A DNA stretch of 61,556 nt, filler included, from Hausera hauseri (Eukaryota): NCBI GenBank assembly GCA_046269625.1. It is 11 parts of 11 records of this genome, joined end to end, with 100 filler letters (N's around TTAATTAATTAA, not from the genome) between each part and the next. Parts side by side here need not be neighbours in the genome. Positions count along the whole stretch, not along the records: positions 45,982 to 50,438 come from JBJURY010571450.1; positions 50,539 to 55,880 come from JBJURY010274841.1; positions 55,981 to 61,556 come from JBJURY010227296.1; 8 more parts are not named here. One strand, given 5' to 3'. A model generated the notes under the pieces. That model was not told where the DNA came from and searched no databases. It saw only the letters and a list, made by a program, of their open reading frames with translations. Shown piece by piece: positions 47,514 through 59,295 of the stretch. A program made the position numbers and the translations under genes. Within the stretch, counting starts at the first letter, position 1. Each line of letters begins with the position of its first letter.

Positions 47514-49617
47514 CCAAGTTAAAGCCAAAATTGAAACAAAATTAAGTGCCTCTAAACCATCATGCAACTTAACTTATTTCTTAAACCGCTCAAGGACATC
47601 TCCTAACAAGTATACAAACATGTAATCTAAAAGGCAGGTACAACTGTATTTTGACCAAGCCAGTTGTGCTTCCGCATAATCGGTATCGCTAACTCCTTAA
47701 TAGACTTTAAGTCAGTGAAACATTTGGCTGCAATATATATGAAAAAATACCTTTTCCATTAATAGTTTCAGAATTAAAAGCCGATTCTGTGAATAGTCAA
47801 GTTTCTAAGTTGGAAGCCAAAATCTTTAATGAAGCCGGTAGAAACTGCAGAAATTTAATATTAACCGACTCTTTACCTAAACATCATATCATTGCAAACA
47901 TAGTCGAAATTTTTTCAGTCGTTTGTGGAATAACATTTAATTCCCAACTGCTGAATTTACTTAATGCATGTTTTAAGATATGATGGAGGTAATAACCACG
48001 CAAGTTATGAAACATAACAGATAAATTGTATCTAATTTGACGTGCCGAGTCACATTTGTTGCAAGTGGGGCCTAAGAATTTACCCGTAATGTGGCAGTGA
48101 TCTCGAACAGAGTCAGGACCGGTTTCATCACAGAGGTAACAAGTTGTTGCATTTTTAGACCTATACCATTCAGCAGAAGTTATTGGGATCATCGGTTTTT
48201 AGCATTCTCATTTTGTTCAAAGTTATGCACTCGGAAGAAGACATACACATTGGTAAATGTTTACTGCAACCCGTATCATACCTAAAGCCATGCAAACATT
48301 TTTTATACCAGTGTTTACATTTAATTCGGATTTTCTTACTATTCATATTCAATAACCGCTTAAGATTACTGACTCCAACTTAATGATACTTATTGTCATT
48401 TTCTAAAATCAACAAGTAGACAACGGTACCATTCGGATTTTTTGTACGATACAATACATCAAGGAATGGAATTTTCACTATATCCTCATCAAAATTCTCA
48501 TCATCCTCCTTGTGAAACAAAGACATTAATTGAAAATTGGGTTTTGTCTTTCAAATTTACCTATGATGCATATTTTCATAGGCATATATTCCAAGGAATA
48601 TTTAAACTCACTTAGGTGACGAGTATAGTTGCAAACTCTAAATCTATTATGGTCAATAGTCGAATACTTTGTCACTGCCAGAATTGAATATAAGAAACAC
48701 AAATTGTCCTTATTTTGTACATTAACAATGGCCATTGCATTTCATAAAACATCAGGTGTTGGCAGATACGATCTTCCGGCCAAATAAGGTAGTGGGCTTG
48801 TTTTCGCAATGTGAAAGCAGTATTTCAGAATTTTAACTATTTTCCATATGCTAACCATTTTGGCAAAATTCTCAATTTTCTCCAGTAAATTATAAGCTAC
48901 AGATTGCGGGTAAGATTGCTCATATGGTACAGGTCTGTGTGAAATATAAGCCTCCTTAAAGTTACCTTCAGAATTCTCAAAAAGATATTTCAAGACCGTA
49001 CTGAACCTTACAAGATGGAAACAGAGAAGTATACATATGCAAAGTAGTCAGAATCTATTCAGGAGGTCTAGTTGAAATTGGAAGGTCAGATGCAACATCA
49101 AAACAAAGATTAACATAATTATTGTCAACAACAGAATGTACATTGAGTATTATCTTTTGTACATGTGCAGTATTTTTAATTAAAGAATGATCATTAAGTT
49201 TTTGTTTCTTTGCAGTCTTCTTATTTTCCTTCATTGGCCGCTTAACTGGTTGTTGATGGGATGTTGGAGTTTGTTGGTCTGTTGTTAGAATTTTTTTGTC
49301 TGATGTTGGTAATTATTAGTCTGATACAAATTGTTTGGCCATATTTATCATCTCATGTTTTCGAACGATGGTTTTTTTCGGTTTCATAAAGTATGAGAGA
49401 TGATGTCGATGTTGTCATCGAAACGCTAGGAATGTTAGGCCGGAAATTACCTCACAGGTTGGACATATATAAAATTGACATCCATCGATTTTCGTACCAT
49501 AATACTTTGACATGGTTTCTTCACATGATTCTGTTGAATGTATATCACCAGTACAATAATCGAAATTACAGTTCTAGATAATAATAAATAAGAAGTAATG
49601 AAAATTAATCATACCAT
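47514..49617 (-). pseudogene. polB: Polinton pPolB (same family as 10944-14470), truncated by nested insertion
   Basis: Spliced start MNCNFDYCTGDIHSTESCEETMSKYYG; NVQNKDNLCFLYSIL; CYLCD..VRDHCHITGKFLGPTCNKC; FHNLRGY; ends DGLEALNFVSILALTW|AGT. Confidence 0.88.
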
Positions 49618-49878
49618 TTTGAAATTGAAGTTTGATTATCATTTAGAATAAATATCAACATTTTATTTATACTAATTTTCAACAAATATAATTACAGCCA
49701 ATCAAATTAGACGTATAAAAGTATAAATACCAAATTTAATTGTCATTATAATGTTTTAAAGAACAAAAGTATGTCAGACATTATAATACATTTATTACAT
49801 ACAAAAACTTTTTCATAACATTGTCTCCATGCATCAGGATCCTTTTGGTGTTCTTCTCTCCATGTTTCATAATCTTGA

Positions 49879-50349
49879 ATGTCATTTAATTTCAACTGTT
49901 GTAGTAATATGTTCGTTGGGTCTATTATGTCTATGAAATCTTCATTCAAAGTCATAATTCAGTGTATGAAAAGAAATGGTAACTTATACAAAATTTCAAC
50001 CAATGAAATAAAAGCATGTGTGTATTTTAATTGTATAAGTATACTGAAAAATTTATTTGTACTAACAAATTTATTTCCAGCACTAATGCAGCAATACATC
50101 GAAAATGAAATACAAAATTTAACAGATAACATAATGAATGGAATGAAAGTATACGTTATTCAGTATTGGTGCGAAGTCACAGAAACAAGAATTATGAGCA
50201 GGCGAGAATATATAGAACTTATTGTAAGATCTTTGTTTGTGAAACGCATAAAAGAAATCAAACGAAAACAGAAGATAAAGTTGGTTATCGGACTTGCAAA
50301 AAGTGTATCATTGTTATTTGTCATGAAAAAACTTGTTGATTATATTTAA
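49879..50349 (+). CDS. Hypothetical small protein, probable Polinton accessory gene (true start likely downstream or spliced)
   Basis: ORF divergent from polB. A TACTAAC..TTCCAG acceptor precedes ATGCAGCAA at ~50086, and AATAAA follows the stop. Confidence 0.35.
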   Translation: MSFNFNCCSNMFVGSIMSMKSSFKVIIQCMKRNGNLYKISTNEIKACVYFNCISILKNLFVLTNLFPALMQQYIENEIQNLTDNIMNGMKVYVIQYWCEVTETRIMSRREYIELIVRSLFVKRIKEIKRKQKIKLVIGLAKSVSLLFVMKKLVDYI

Positions 50350-50438
50350 TCAAATGTCCCTGTAAATTTGTACTTGTAATAAATATTTCATTGTTTGGTT
50401 ACATATATTATAAAGTAATGTTGCACAAAAAACTATAT

Positions 50439-50538
50439 NNNNNNNNNNNNNNNNNNNNNNNNNNNNNNNNNNNNNNNNNNNNTTAATTAATTAANNNNNN
50501 NNNNNNNNNNNNNNNNNNNNNNNNNNNNNNNNNNNNNN
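50439..50538. other. Artificial contig linker
   Basis: N44-TTAATTAATTAA-N44. Confidence 0.99.
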
Positions 50539-52584
50539 CTGATGATAGCTATATTCCCAACAATATCACTGAGGAATTTATCATACCGGATTTTACTTAT
50601 CTGGCTGTGGAAGGGACTCCATTTACATTTACTCCAGTAACCCCACTGTGGTGCCCATTGCGGCCGGTGCTTTTTGGTCCATTTGGTTAGGCACGGCCGG
50701 GCGTCCGTTGCCGTCGCATCGCATCCATAGTTGGGCCCGATTCTCCGCCTTGAAAATTTTGCAAGATGAACGTGTTGCATGTCTTAAGAAGTTATGTAAA
50801 CGACCCGACTAGACGAGCTTTTGAATAATACTAATCACAAAATTATGGAATAATTCTTAACAAAATCTATTCATTGAAAAGAAACCATCTGAATTGTTAA
50901 ATCCAAACCGAGACGTCTGCGATTATTCGTTAAAAGAAAATCAATTGATCTACAATCGTGCTCAACGCCAACTGACGAGACAATGCTCAATGGTAACAAA
51001 GATAAAAGGCATAATAGTCATTTCGACGATAATTCAGTGATCAAACCAACCATCAGTCCTCAATAGATTATCTTTCAAACTCTATTCTAAGTTGCCATTC
51101 CAAACGCAGTTAATTTTGAGACAATTTAAATATCACTGAAAAGGAACTATTTTATTAAAAGTAATTCCGGTATTCCTAGTTATACAACAAAACGTTTGGT
51201 ATTGATGGTGATATCAGCAAATTAATTTACAAAATTCTCCAATCTCCCCTCGTATATCGAAATTGTCCAGCTTTCGGTACGAGAAAAGTCGACAGAAACT
51301 TACTCTTGCTACTAGAAAAGTGTTTCTAGCAATGTTACACCAATTGGCAGTGCAGTTATACCAAAGACGTTATCGAAACCCCAACAAAACTAATTACTGA
51401 CATTAATGTTACACTTTCACAATGATTTTACGTTCGATCTTATTCATCTGTGTTTTCATTCTTTATTGGGCCAACAGTTTCGACAATACACAGCATTTAC
51501 ATCTGGAAGTCAAAATTCCGTCATTCAAAAACCGATCGTGTATCTATCAAGGCTGTTTAAAAGAGTTCCAAGATGTTTCTGTATCACTGATAAATGTCGC
51601 AAGTTATTCTGAAAATTGTTTCACTGTATCAAAATGAATCTGACATTTATACAGTTTTAAATCCCAAAAGTGGAAGCAAAATTGCGATTCGAAAAGCGTC
51701 ACAGTTATTGATCATAGCAATGGGAAATAGTTTCCAACTTTGCATACTTACCAAAAGTCGAAAGAAGACCAATTGACAATTTATTTCACGATATGCCGAA
51801 TTTGCCCGGTGTTACTGCTGAACATTTTAGAATGGAGGAATGTTGTTTTAAAGAAATACATTTTTTGAAATTGTTAATTTTTCACGCCATATTTTAGAAG
51901 AATTTGTCTTTTGGAAAGTTCGATTCAAATTTTTTTAGACATTGTAATTTGAAATTTTGAATTTTACTGTTTTTTGAAGAAATTTTTTCCTGAAAATTTC
52001 GCCAGGCAGATTTAGTACAACAAAGGAATATGTCAATAGAGATGATAAACATTCATGGATGCGGTGGTATTCGGATTTCGTCCGCAATTGGCCAAAACCT
52101 ATCTGAATTCGTTATAAAACAAATCGACGGTTCAACGAGGTTGATAGAATTAAAAATTGATCAGATACAAAAACTGATTATTTTGCTCGGTAAATGTAAA
52201 ACATATTTATGTATCAATAATAACTAGGCACTAGCTGAAATGGGGAGGTTACATACTCCTTTTTTATGACGACGAGTTGACGAAATTTTTCCAGAATTAT
52301 TGGTTGCGATCGTCTCTACAGGACATACTAATTGAGAATATTTATACCAATACCCACGAATAAAATATGTTTTAACATCTCAAAAATTACCCTTATTAAT
52401 GATTGGTCATATCATCGAGGGGAATGAGGTTGTCTGTTGGCAAGACGGCTCTCTCAACTATTGCAGGTAATAAAGCAGTATTATGCCGGTTTATTGTGGT
52501 CCAGGAGAAATCCAACCAAATAAGCCACCAATTGCAGCCAGTTTTAATCAAAAAAATTCTGACATTTGTCTGTCGAATGATTAT

Positions 52585-53110
52585 TGTTAGCCACGGGAGG
52601 GTCCACGCCACCCATCTCGTCGCCCAGCTTGGGTTGGGTTGAAAAATCCCCGCCCCTTACTATATCCGCTAACGCGAAATTTGACCGTTTATAATTATTA
52701 ATTGAAAAGTTAACACCAGTTGTTGAAAATTTTATTATTATTATCTTAAAATACTCATTTTGAAACAAATTTACTGAAATTTCCAATTTAAATTAAACTT
52801 TTAATATTAAATTTTTAAATTAAATTTGTGATTGGTTTCTTTTTAAATTTTAAATTTGCCTTTAATTTAAATTCAGAATTTCAGTTCTCGATTATATCCT
52901 TACAATTATAATAACAAAATTCATATTGGTGTCAGAAGTGGGATACCAGAAAACGTTTTTCCGGAGGCCCACAGTATTTACAGTGCACACCTTTCTTCCT
53001 TAACCACGACAGTGCATTGCCGTGGATAATGGTACACGCGAGGCGGTCAATCGGATTATTCCTGAGTTCTATGTACAGGACTATTGATCTGGGTATTCGC
53101 CATGAACATA
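52585..53110 (+). mobile_element. LTR plus tRNA-Leu PBS and truncated leader/gag start
   Basis: TG..CA segment ~52585-52923, then TGGTGTCAGAAGTGGGAT (52927-52944). CTPFFLNHDSALPWI is homologous to the element at 31329-32390. Confidence 0.7.
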
Positions 53111-53259
53111 TTTAACGCAGATGACTGTGGCGAAGAATTCTGATCGAAATTTCCCAATTCTTCATCAGCCATTTTGTACGTTTTGTCTATGAAAACTTTG
53201 GAATAATAAATTTTATAATTTTTTCGAAAACACTCCTGTTGTGCCTAACAAGTAACATA

Positions 53260-53289
53260 CTATATATATATATATATATGTATATATAT
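53260..53289. repeat. (TA)n microsatellite
   Basis: TATATATATATATATATATGTATATATA. Confidence 0.85.
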
Positions 53290-53724
53290 TTTATTTTCTT
53301 TTTATTCTTTTACTGATGTTTTTGATTACTGTTTTTGTCGAGGAATGAGGCGGTTTGGTTGTTTTGCTTCGTCGTTCAGTGTTTCTCGCCATTTGAATTT
53401 CCGGATTCCCATTCAAGATAAATTCACAATAAAGTTCAAAGACAAACTAATCAAGACCCAAAGTAATGCGTCGCTCAGAAATTTTCTCAATGTTCTGCCA
53501 AAATGAAAATACTCACCAAATATAATATTTCGAACTTTAACTGTCGAAATAAATTGAAGTTCTACCGAAAGGAAAATATATATATCGAATTTTACAACAA
53601 AATTTCAAACCGTATATCAGTATATTTGTGTATATAATATAATGATTTTTATTTTGTATGATCATAAACTGTATAGAAAAAATTTTGTATATAATGATTT
53701 TTTTATAATCAATCAATTGTTAGT

Positions 53725-55320
53725 TTGAATAAAAATATATACTTAGTTATCGCTTTAGAGGACTTTTATTATGGAATTATCCTCAAATCTACAATGTCTA
53801 ATGATGTAATGATGATAAATGACATCAGCCGAATGAAGGAGACAATAATCAATACTGTATTCGCTACATTAGTCACTGGTAAGGCAGATGGTGACCAATT
53901 TATTGATGCTATATGGCCATTGTCATGTCATGATGGGGAATTTGTGTGGAAGATGGCGTTATTCTGAAGAAAAGAATTTGATTTGCGTACTGTTGGTAAC
54001 TTATTGTTAGCAGTTGCTTGTTGCTTAAGAAAATGTCAACAATTTGTAGGTAAATATTTTAGTGCTATTATCATGTTGCCGACTGACGAGATTGATGTTA
54101 TGCAACAATATTCAGTTGCTAGTGGATCAGCTTCTTTACCTTCTGTTTTAAGGAAGACTACTAAGGACAAATTTATGGATTTTACTACTTATCAAATTGG
54201 CAAATACCAAAACTACAAAGTTGAAATCGATTTCAAGTCAAAAACTCAATCTGAAACATCTCACACGAACACTCCATGTTTCTCAACCGCCATTTCACGC
54301 CATGGCCATACTCGGTAAACAATATCCACAAACGAGAGATGAATTCAAATTGGCCAAATTACCTGGCGAATGGGATGAAACTCTGAAAGGGAAACGAATG
54401 AAAATTCCGTCACCGGAAACGTGGGAAATTGAAATTAGTTAACATGGCAATAAATCGGTAGTTTGGAAAAAATTAATTGACAACAACAGTTTAACATACA
54501 TGGTTATGATCAGAAATTTACGGAATATGTTACAGGCAGGTATACAGGACAAATATCATAATAAAATTAGCCAACTTATATGAAATCCGGATAGTGTTAT
54601 TAAAGGGAAAATGTTACCATTTCAGTATTTCACAGCATTTCAAATACTTGATAAGTACAACAAGGATATCATGAAAGCCAATCAACCGCCGATGAGTTTG
54701 TGTCAACAAACAAACTGATGGTTACTAAATCGAAAAAGAAACTGCAGAGAAAGAGTGGAAAGTCTAAAGCTGTCAAACTTATTCCAGCACCGAAAAACAG
54801 AAAGTAGACAAAATCAAATCGATTAATGGACAGAAGGAAATTGGGCGAAATCATCATCAAAATACACACACAAGGTCGAAGTAAAGCAACAGAAACATCA
54901 TCTTGTCATAATATTCCTTGAATTCAAGGTCGAATACTTCTTATGTCGAATATCGACAATAGTAGTTTATATCCGAATTTCAATTATCAATCGAATAAAT
55001 CAGTGAAGGATAACATTGCCCTTATCACATCCCTGTGCATATGTGCTGTTGAATATTCTAACGTGTACTCATTGACGAATAACCAAATGGCACATTTTCA
55101 ACAAGATCCAAAATACCCATTGATTATGGTAATGACTAATATTTTGATGAAAACTCACACGTCAACATCATTGAAACAGAATCAATTGTTTGAAGAAATC
55201 ATAATGAAACATTAGCGTTATGATGCGATAATTTTATTCTACGTGGAAATGCGTAGCGAATTTCTCAATAAATATGTCAATTCAATTACTGGACAAGCGC
55301 GAATTTATTGCAATACATTT
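53725..55320 (+). pseudogene. TEP1: TEP1-like TROVE domain (telomerase/vault protein component 1), disrupted
   Basis: DGEFVWKMALF*RKEFDLRTVGNLLLA, FTTYQIGKY, KLPGEWD..GKRMKIPSPETWEIEIS*HGNK..WKKLIDNN, MIRNLRNML, LPFQYFTA, HNIP*IQGRIL. Confidence 0.85.
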
Positions 55321-55329
55321 TCTACATTA

Positions 55330-55610
55330 CATCAAACAAATGATGACGAGATAAGAAGTGTAAAAATATAACCCAATTATTAGGAGTTAGCGAACATTCG
55401 TTACGTCTAATACCTGGACATAGTTGTGGCAAATCGTTAGAAAAGATAAATCTAATAGATGTGTGAGACTGAAACATTACAGTAACCAAGATAGTAATTG
55501 AATACTGGAGTGTAAGCAGGACAACAGCCTTGAATTTCATACAATACATTTCTAATGGTTCTGATTTTCCTTTCCCATACACCACCTGCATGATTGGAAG
55601 AGGGATGGTC
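55330..55610 (-). mobile_element. BEL/Pao integrase fragment
   Basis: PSSNHAGGVWERKIRTIRNVL and SLTPNN motifs. Confidence 0.7.
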
Positions 55611-55614
55611 CTTT

Positions 55615-55880
55615 GAGAGGGGGGAGTGCAGGGGGAAGCGATTGACATCCCCTTCGAGAAATTCGTTCTCGACAACGGTCTTACGCTGATCGTCCACGAG
55701 GACGACAAGGCGCCGATCGCAGCCGTGTTGATCCTGCTGCGGACCTTGTCGCGATTTGGACTCACGCCGGGTGGCGAGACGTTTGCGATCATCGGCACCG
55801 GGGAAGAAAGCAACTGGGACGGGATGGTGCGCTACGCCAAGACGAGCACTCACCCCGCGCACGTCATCTCGGTCGACGCG
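55615..55880 (+). other. High-GC bacterial chimeric tip: M16 peptidase N-terminus joined to an M20-like peptidase fragment
   Basis: Abrupt GC jump; IDIPFEKFVLDNGLTLIVHEDDKAPIAAV (M16) then IIGTGEESNWDGM..VISVDA (M20-like). Confidence 0.7.
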
Positions 55881-55980
55881 NNNNNNNNNNNNNNNNNNNN
55901 NNNNNNNNNNNNNNNNNNNNNNNNTTAATTAATTAANNNNNNNNNNNNNNNNNNNNNNNNNNNNNNNNNNNNNNNNNNNN
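55881..55980. other. Artificial contig linker
   Basis: N44-TTAATTAATTAA-N44. Confidence 0.99.
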
Positions 55981-57339
55981 ATTTGTTCGTTTAGAAGTAA
56001 AGATCAATCCGAGCAATTGACTTTCCACGGTTAAGTTGTAAATAATCGCAATTCCACACAAATTGCGTAAAAGTTCGAGCAATATTCGTTTTGCACAGTG
56101 GTTCGTATTATTTGATTTAGTTCCTTTTCCCTCTTGTAGTAACTGATTACATAAAACGAAAGTCATTCGATTGAGCACATTGTGTTTGAGTAAAATTTCT
56201 AGTGAGGTATTCAAAAAATTTCTGATTTGAAACGACGAATCAAGAATTGTCTTGTTTTGAACGGTACCTTGTCGTACAAATTGTAAAAGGATTCTCGTAT
56301 AGTTCTTAACCCACTGAGCGTCATCACGCACCATGTCACGATGGAATGTTCCCAATTTATCAATGGTAATTGGATGACACTTGCCATATCCGTTGATAAG
56401 AAGGTCGATTCGATGTAGATTGTCACAGTGAAAACCGTTTTTGACATATTTGATATTGTCTTGAGCACAAATACTACCATAAATATATTTAAAACACATT
56501 TCCCAAAGGTCTAAAGCAATGGCCCAATTACAATTATTCGTGATATGATAATCTAAAGACAATGCAGTCGTCAGTTTTGTTTCGTAAATTGGATGAAGAA
56601 TCCAAATAGCTTGGGCTTGATTTAATTTGATATTAAAGAAAGAAACATTGGCATTAATACAATTATCAATGAGGCAGACGGATAAAGAATCCGTTGGATT
56701 GCAGTGGTCAATATGAATTTCGCTAAAGAAATTTGAAAAACGCTGAAAAATGAATTTTGATTCCGATGGGTCCTTTTGACTTTCATTGGCAATTGAGGAC
56801 CAAAGGCAATTCGTTATTCCAGACTGATGTGAGGCGTATGTGGTTAATATTTTTTTAAGTAAGAGATTCTCGTGCATTTTCATTGTCAGCATTATAACAG
56901 TAGATATTCCGTGTCCTGCCGAACCGACAACAGAAATAGTCCTCGAATGACCAAGACGACTCGAAATTTGTAAAACGAGGTTCTCCAACTGCTTCGCTAT
57001 GTACATATTGCGTTCGTCAAGCAGTTCGTCAAATATTAATGAATATTGTGTATTGCAACATTTGGTTTTCAACGGCTGTATAACGTGAGGTATCATGACC
57101 ACAATTCCCGATACAGAATCAATAACACGACGCCGTCGTCCATCAATACTGGTAGATGATGGGACAAATTCTACAACAACACCGAAATTCAAATTACGAT
57201 AACGTACCAAATGTGGACCTAATTTATACAATTCTGTGTGGCATTTGGTCTCAACAAATCCAAAATTTTCCTTCAATATAACAACGGTGAAACGAATTGT
57301 TTTTTTTTGATATTGGACAATTATCAATCTGCTCATCAT
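55981..57339 (-). CDS. Chimeric ORF: CSDE1/UNR cold-shock remnant plus degenerate dynein heavy chain AAA-like region (runs off contig)
   Basis: VVILKENFGFVET..NLNFGVVVEF (CSDE1 VATLKDNFGFIET..LELGDMVEY); LVLQISSRLGHSRTISVVGSAGHGIS (decayed P-loop resembling dynein AAA2). Confidence 0.5.
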
Positions 57340-59227
57340 TTCCTTGGTGCACCGACAACAATTTATCTGCCATTGTCAATGGTATTTTATTATCTGGTAA
57401 TGTGCGTGTACGAATTTTCTTCTTTTTATCTGATATTTTCCTGCCATTATGATTATTAACTGTCGTCCGTTGTTTATCCATAATTGTAGTACTAACAGAT
57501 TTCAGTCCAATGACAAATGCCGCAGGTGGCAAATACTGACGGACAATTCTATCCGGACATCCAAAACTCACCTCATCTCCTTGTTTCACGATCTCTCCAG
57601 GAAATTGACATACAATAATGCCGAGATCATACGGCATTCGAATGGCAGTTTGAATAGTGCCATGCAATGAACCAAACGGATACAATTTCAAGTGGTTCAT
57701 TTTCTCGTTGGATTTGACTGGCATGATTCGTATGGCCGTCGTTGTCACATTCGTCTGATTGCCAACAACCTTTGACACCTGGCGTGGAGTGTACTGATCG
57801 ATGGTGAATTTGAATGAAACGACATTATCGGGAGCCAAGCTGTACATACTTTTTTGCATAAGTTCTCCGGATATTTTGTTAACGGCTCGTTGGGTATATA
57901 GTTTACACAAAACACGATATTCAAAAATGCAAGAATGGCATGTCAAATGATCGGATAAAACTGATACATTCAAGGAAAACGTATCAATTATTTTTTTGGT
58001 TACATTTGACCAATACGATTTTATCCTCATTAAACTTATCAGTACATGGCGCACGATTATCGTCGACTGAAAATCGTCTTTATCCCTGGCATTACTGAAC
58101 ACAAAACGCATTATTTTTTTTGTAACTTTGCACTTTTCATTAACGATGGGAAAATTGTAAAATGAAACTGCAAATTGGTATCGACGGTTGTCGCGATCAA
58201 GACTGTTATACCAGGCTGCTGCAGCTGTCATCGGTCGCATAGTCGACGAAGTTCGACTGCCCATTTCCGTGAGTTGTGTCCGCTTTACAGTGATATTATC
58301 AATGATACATAACTGAGACAGTTTATCACTCAACGTCGACAAATTGTACTGTTCCTCGTTCACAACTGGAAAATCATTATTCCGAATCATCAATTCACAA
58401 ACACTGGACTCCGTAAGCATCAAAATGAGTTTGTTAAGATCGGTCAAATGATTTCGTGACAGATCTAGAACTTCCACATTGGGAAACGTCAGTAAAAGGT
58501 CTTTGATGTGTTCATCAGTCAACCCGTTGTTCGATAGATTCAAAAAATTTTTAAGCGAGCCAATGTTGTAGAAATTCGTTACGTCATTGAAACTAAGATC
58601 AATGGTCGTTAGGGAATTGTGATCTTTGATGCCACTGATGGTGTTGATTCGGTTATTGCTTAGGTTGATTTCAGTCAGCTTTTTGTTGATTGTTAGATCC
58701 GGTATGACTTCGATTTGATTATTGGAACAATGTAGTTCTTCCAGATTCGGCAAACAACTTATGAAAGTTATTGACGTGACTTTATTGAAACTGATATCCA
58801 AATACGTAATAGACGAGCAACATGATAAATGCCGATGAGTTAATTGCGTAATCTGATTGTTATCGAGTCGTAGAGTTTTTAATTTCCGACAGGCAATCAA
58901 ACTGTTCTCTTCAAAATTCGAAATTCTGTTGAACTGTGCCTGAAGACTGACAAGATCTCTAAGATTGTTCAATCCAGACAACGTTCGTAGACAATTGTCG
59001 AATACTTTAAGTTCTTTAAGTTCGGTAAAATACTGAAGATTTTCCAAAGACCGAATGTAATTCGATGATAAATCCAAAACTTTTAAATGTTTAAAATCTT
59101 TTAAATTGGGAATTTCAGCAAATTTCTGACAACGTAATTCAATCGTATAAATTCTCTTCGGATCGGTTTCACCGGATTGTTCAATAATTTCTTTGATTAA
59201 TTCATCTGTAGACTTTTCTGACACCAT
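57251..59227 (-). CDS. SDS22-type LRR protein N-terminus fused to CSDE1/UNR-like cold-shock remnants
   Basis: About 10 LxxLxLSxNxI repeats in aa ~25-290; RPMTA; then AIRIMPV, GIIVC, GDEVSF. Confidence 0.7.
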   Translation of the reverse strand: MVSEKSTDELIKEIIEQSGETDPKRIYTIELRCQKFAEIPNLKDFKHLKVLDLSSNYIRSLENLQYFTELKELKVFDNCLRTLSGLNNLRDLVSLQAQFNRISNFEENSLIACRKLKTLRLDNNQITQLTHRHLSCCSSITYLDISFNKVTSITFISCLPNLEELHCSNNQIEVIPDLTINKKLTEINLSNNRINTISGIKDHNSLTTIDLSFNDVTNFYNIGSLKNFLNLSNNGLTDEHIKDLLLTFPNVEVLDLSRNHLTDLNKLILMLTESSVCELMIRNNDFPVVNEEQYNLSTLSDKLSQLCIIDNITVKRTQLTEMGSRTSSTMRPMTAAAAWYNSLDRDNRRYQFAVSFYNFPIVNEKCKVTKKIMRFVFSNARDKDDFQSTIIVRHVLISLMRIKSYWSNVTKKIIDTFSLNVSVLSDHLTCHSCIFEYRVLCKLYTQRAVNKISGELMQKSMYSLAPDNVVSFKFTIDQYTPRQVSKVVGNQTNVTTTAIRIMPVKSNEKMNHLKLYPFGSLHGTIQTAIRMPYDLGIIVCQFPGEIVKQGDEVSFGCPDRIVRQYLPPAAFVIGLKSVSTTIMDKQRTTVNNHNGRKISDKKKKIRTRTLPDNKIPLTMADKLLSVHQGNDEQIDNCPISKKNNSFHRCYIEGKFWIC

Positions 59228-59253
59228 TGTTATTTTGTTATTTTGGTTTTGTG

Positions 59254-59295
59254 AATAAGAACTGTTTAATAAGAACTGAATAATAAGAACTGTTT
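59254..59295. repeat. 14-bp tandem repeat x3 just upstream of the LRR gene
   Basis: AATAAGAACTGTTT/AATAAGAACTGAAT/AATAAGAACTGTTT. Confidence 0.85.

Noticed and set aside
10606-49617. Giant virus (NCLDV) or phage genome suggested by PolB and eukaryote-like genes
   Set aside because: The PolBs are protein-primed Polinton type and pseudogenised. No capsid, packaging ATPase or NCLDV core genes are visible, and the flanks are host TE debris.
50539-52400. Possible TSP1-like (WGYWSKC) and secreted-protein fragments
   Set aside because: Too short and degenerate to assign by eye.
55615-55880. Horizontal transfer of a bacterial peptidase into the animal genome
   Set aside because: Two unrelated ~100-150-bp high-GC fragments are fused at a contig tip with no amelioration, which is most simply chimeric reads or contamination.
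4492-55980. Recurring TTAATTAATTAA flanked by N runs as a biological repeat; ORFs ending in X runs
   Set aside because: These are identical 100-nt synthetic contig spacers. Adjacency across them carries no biological meaning.
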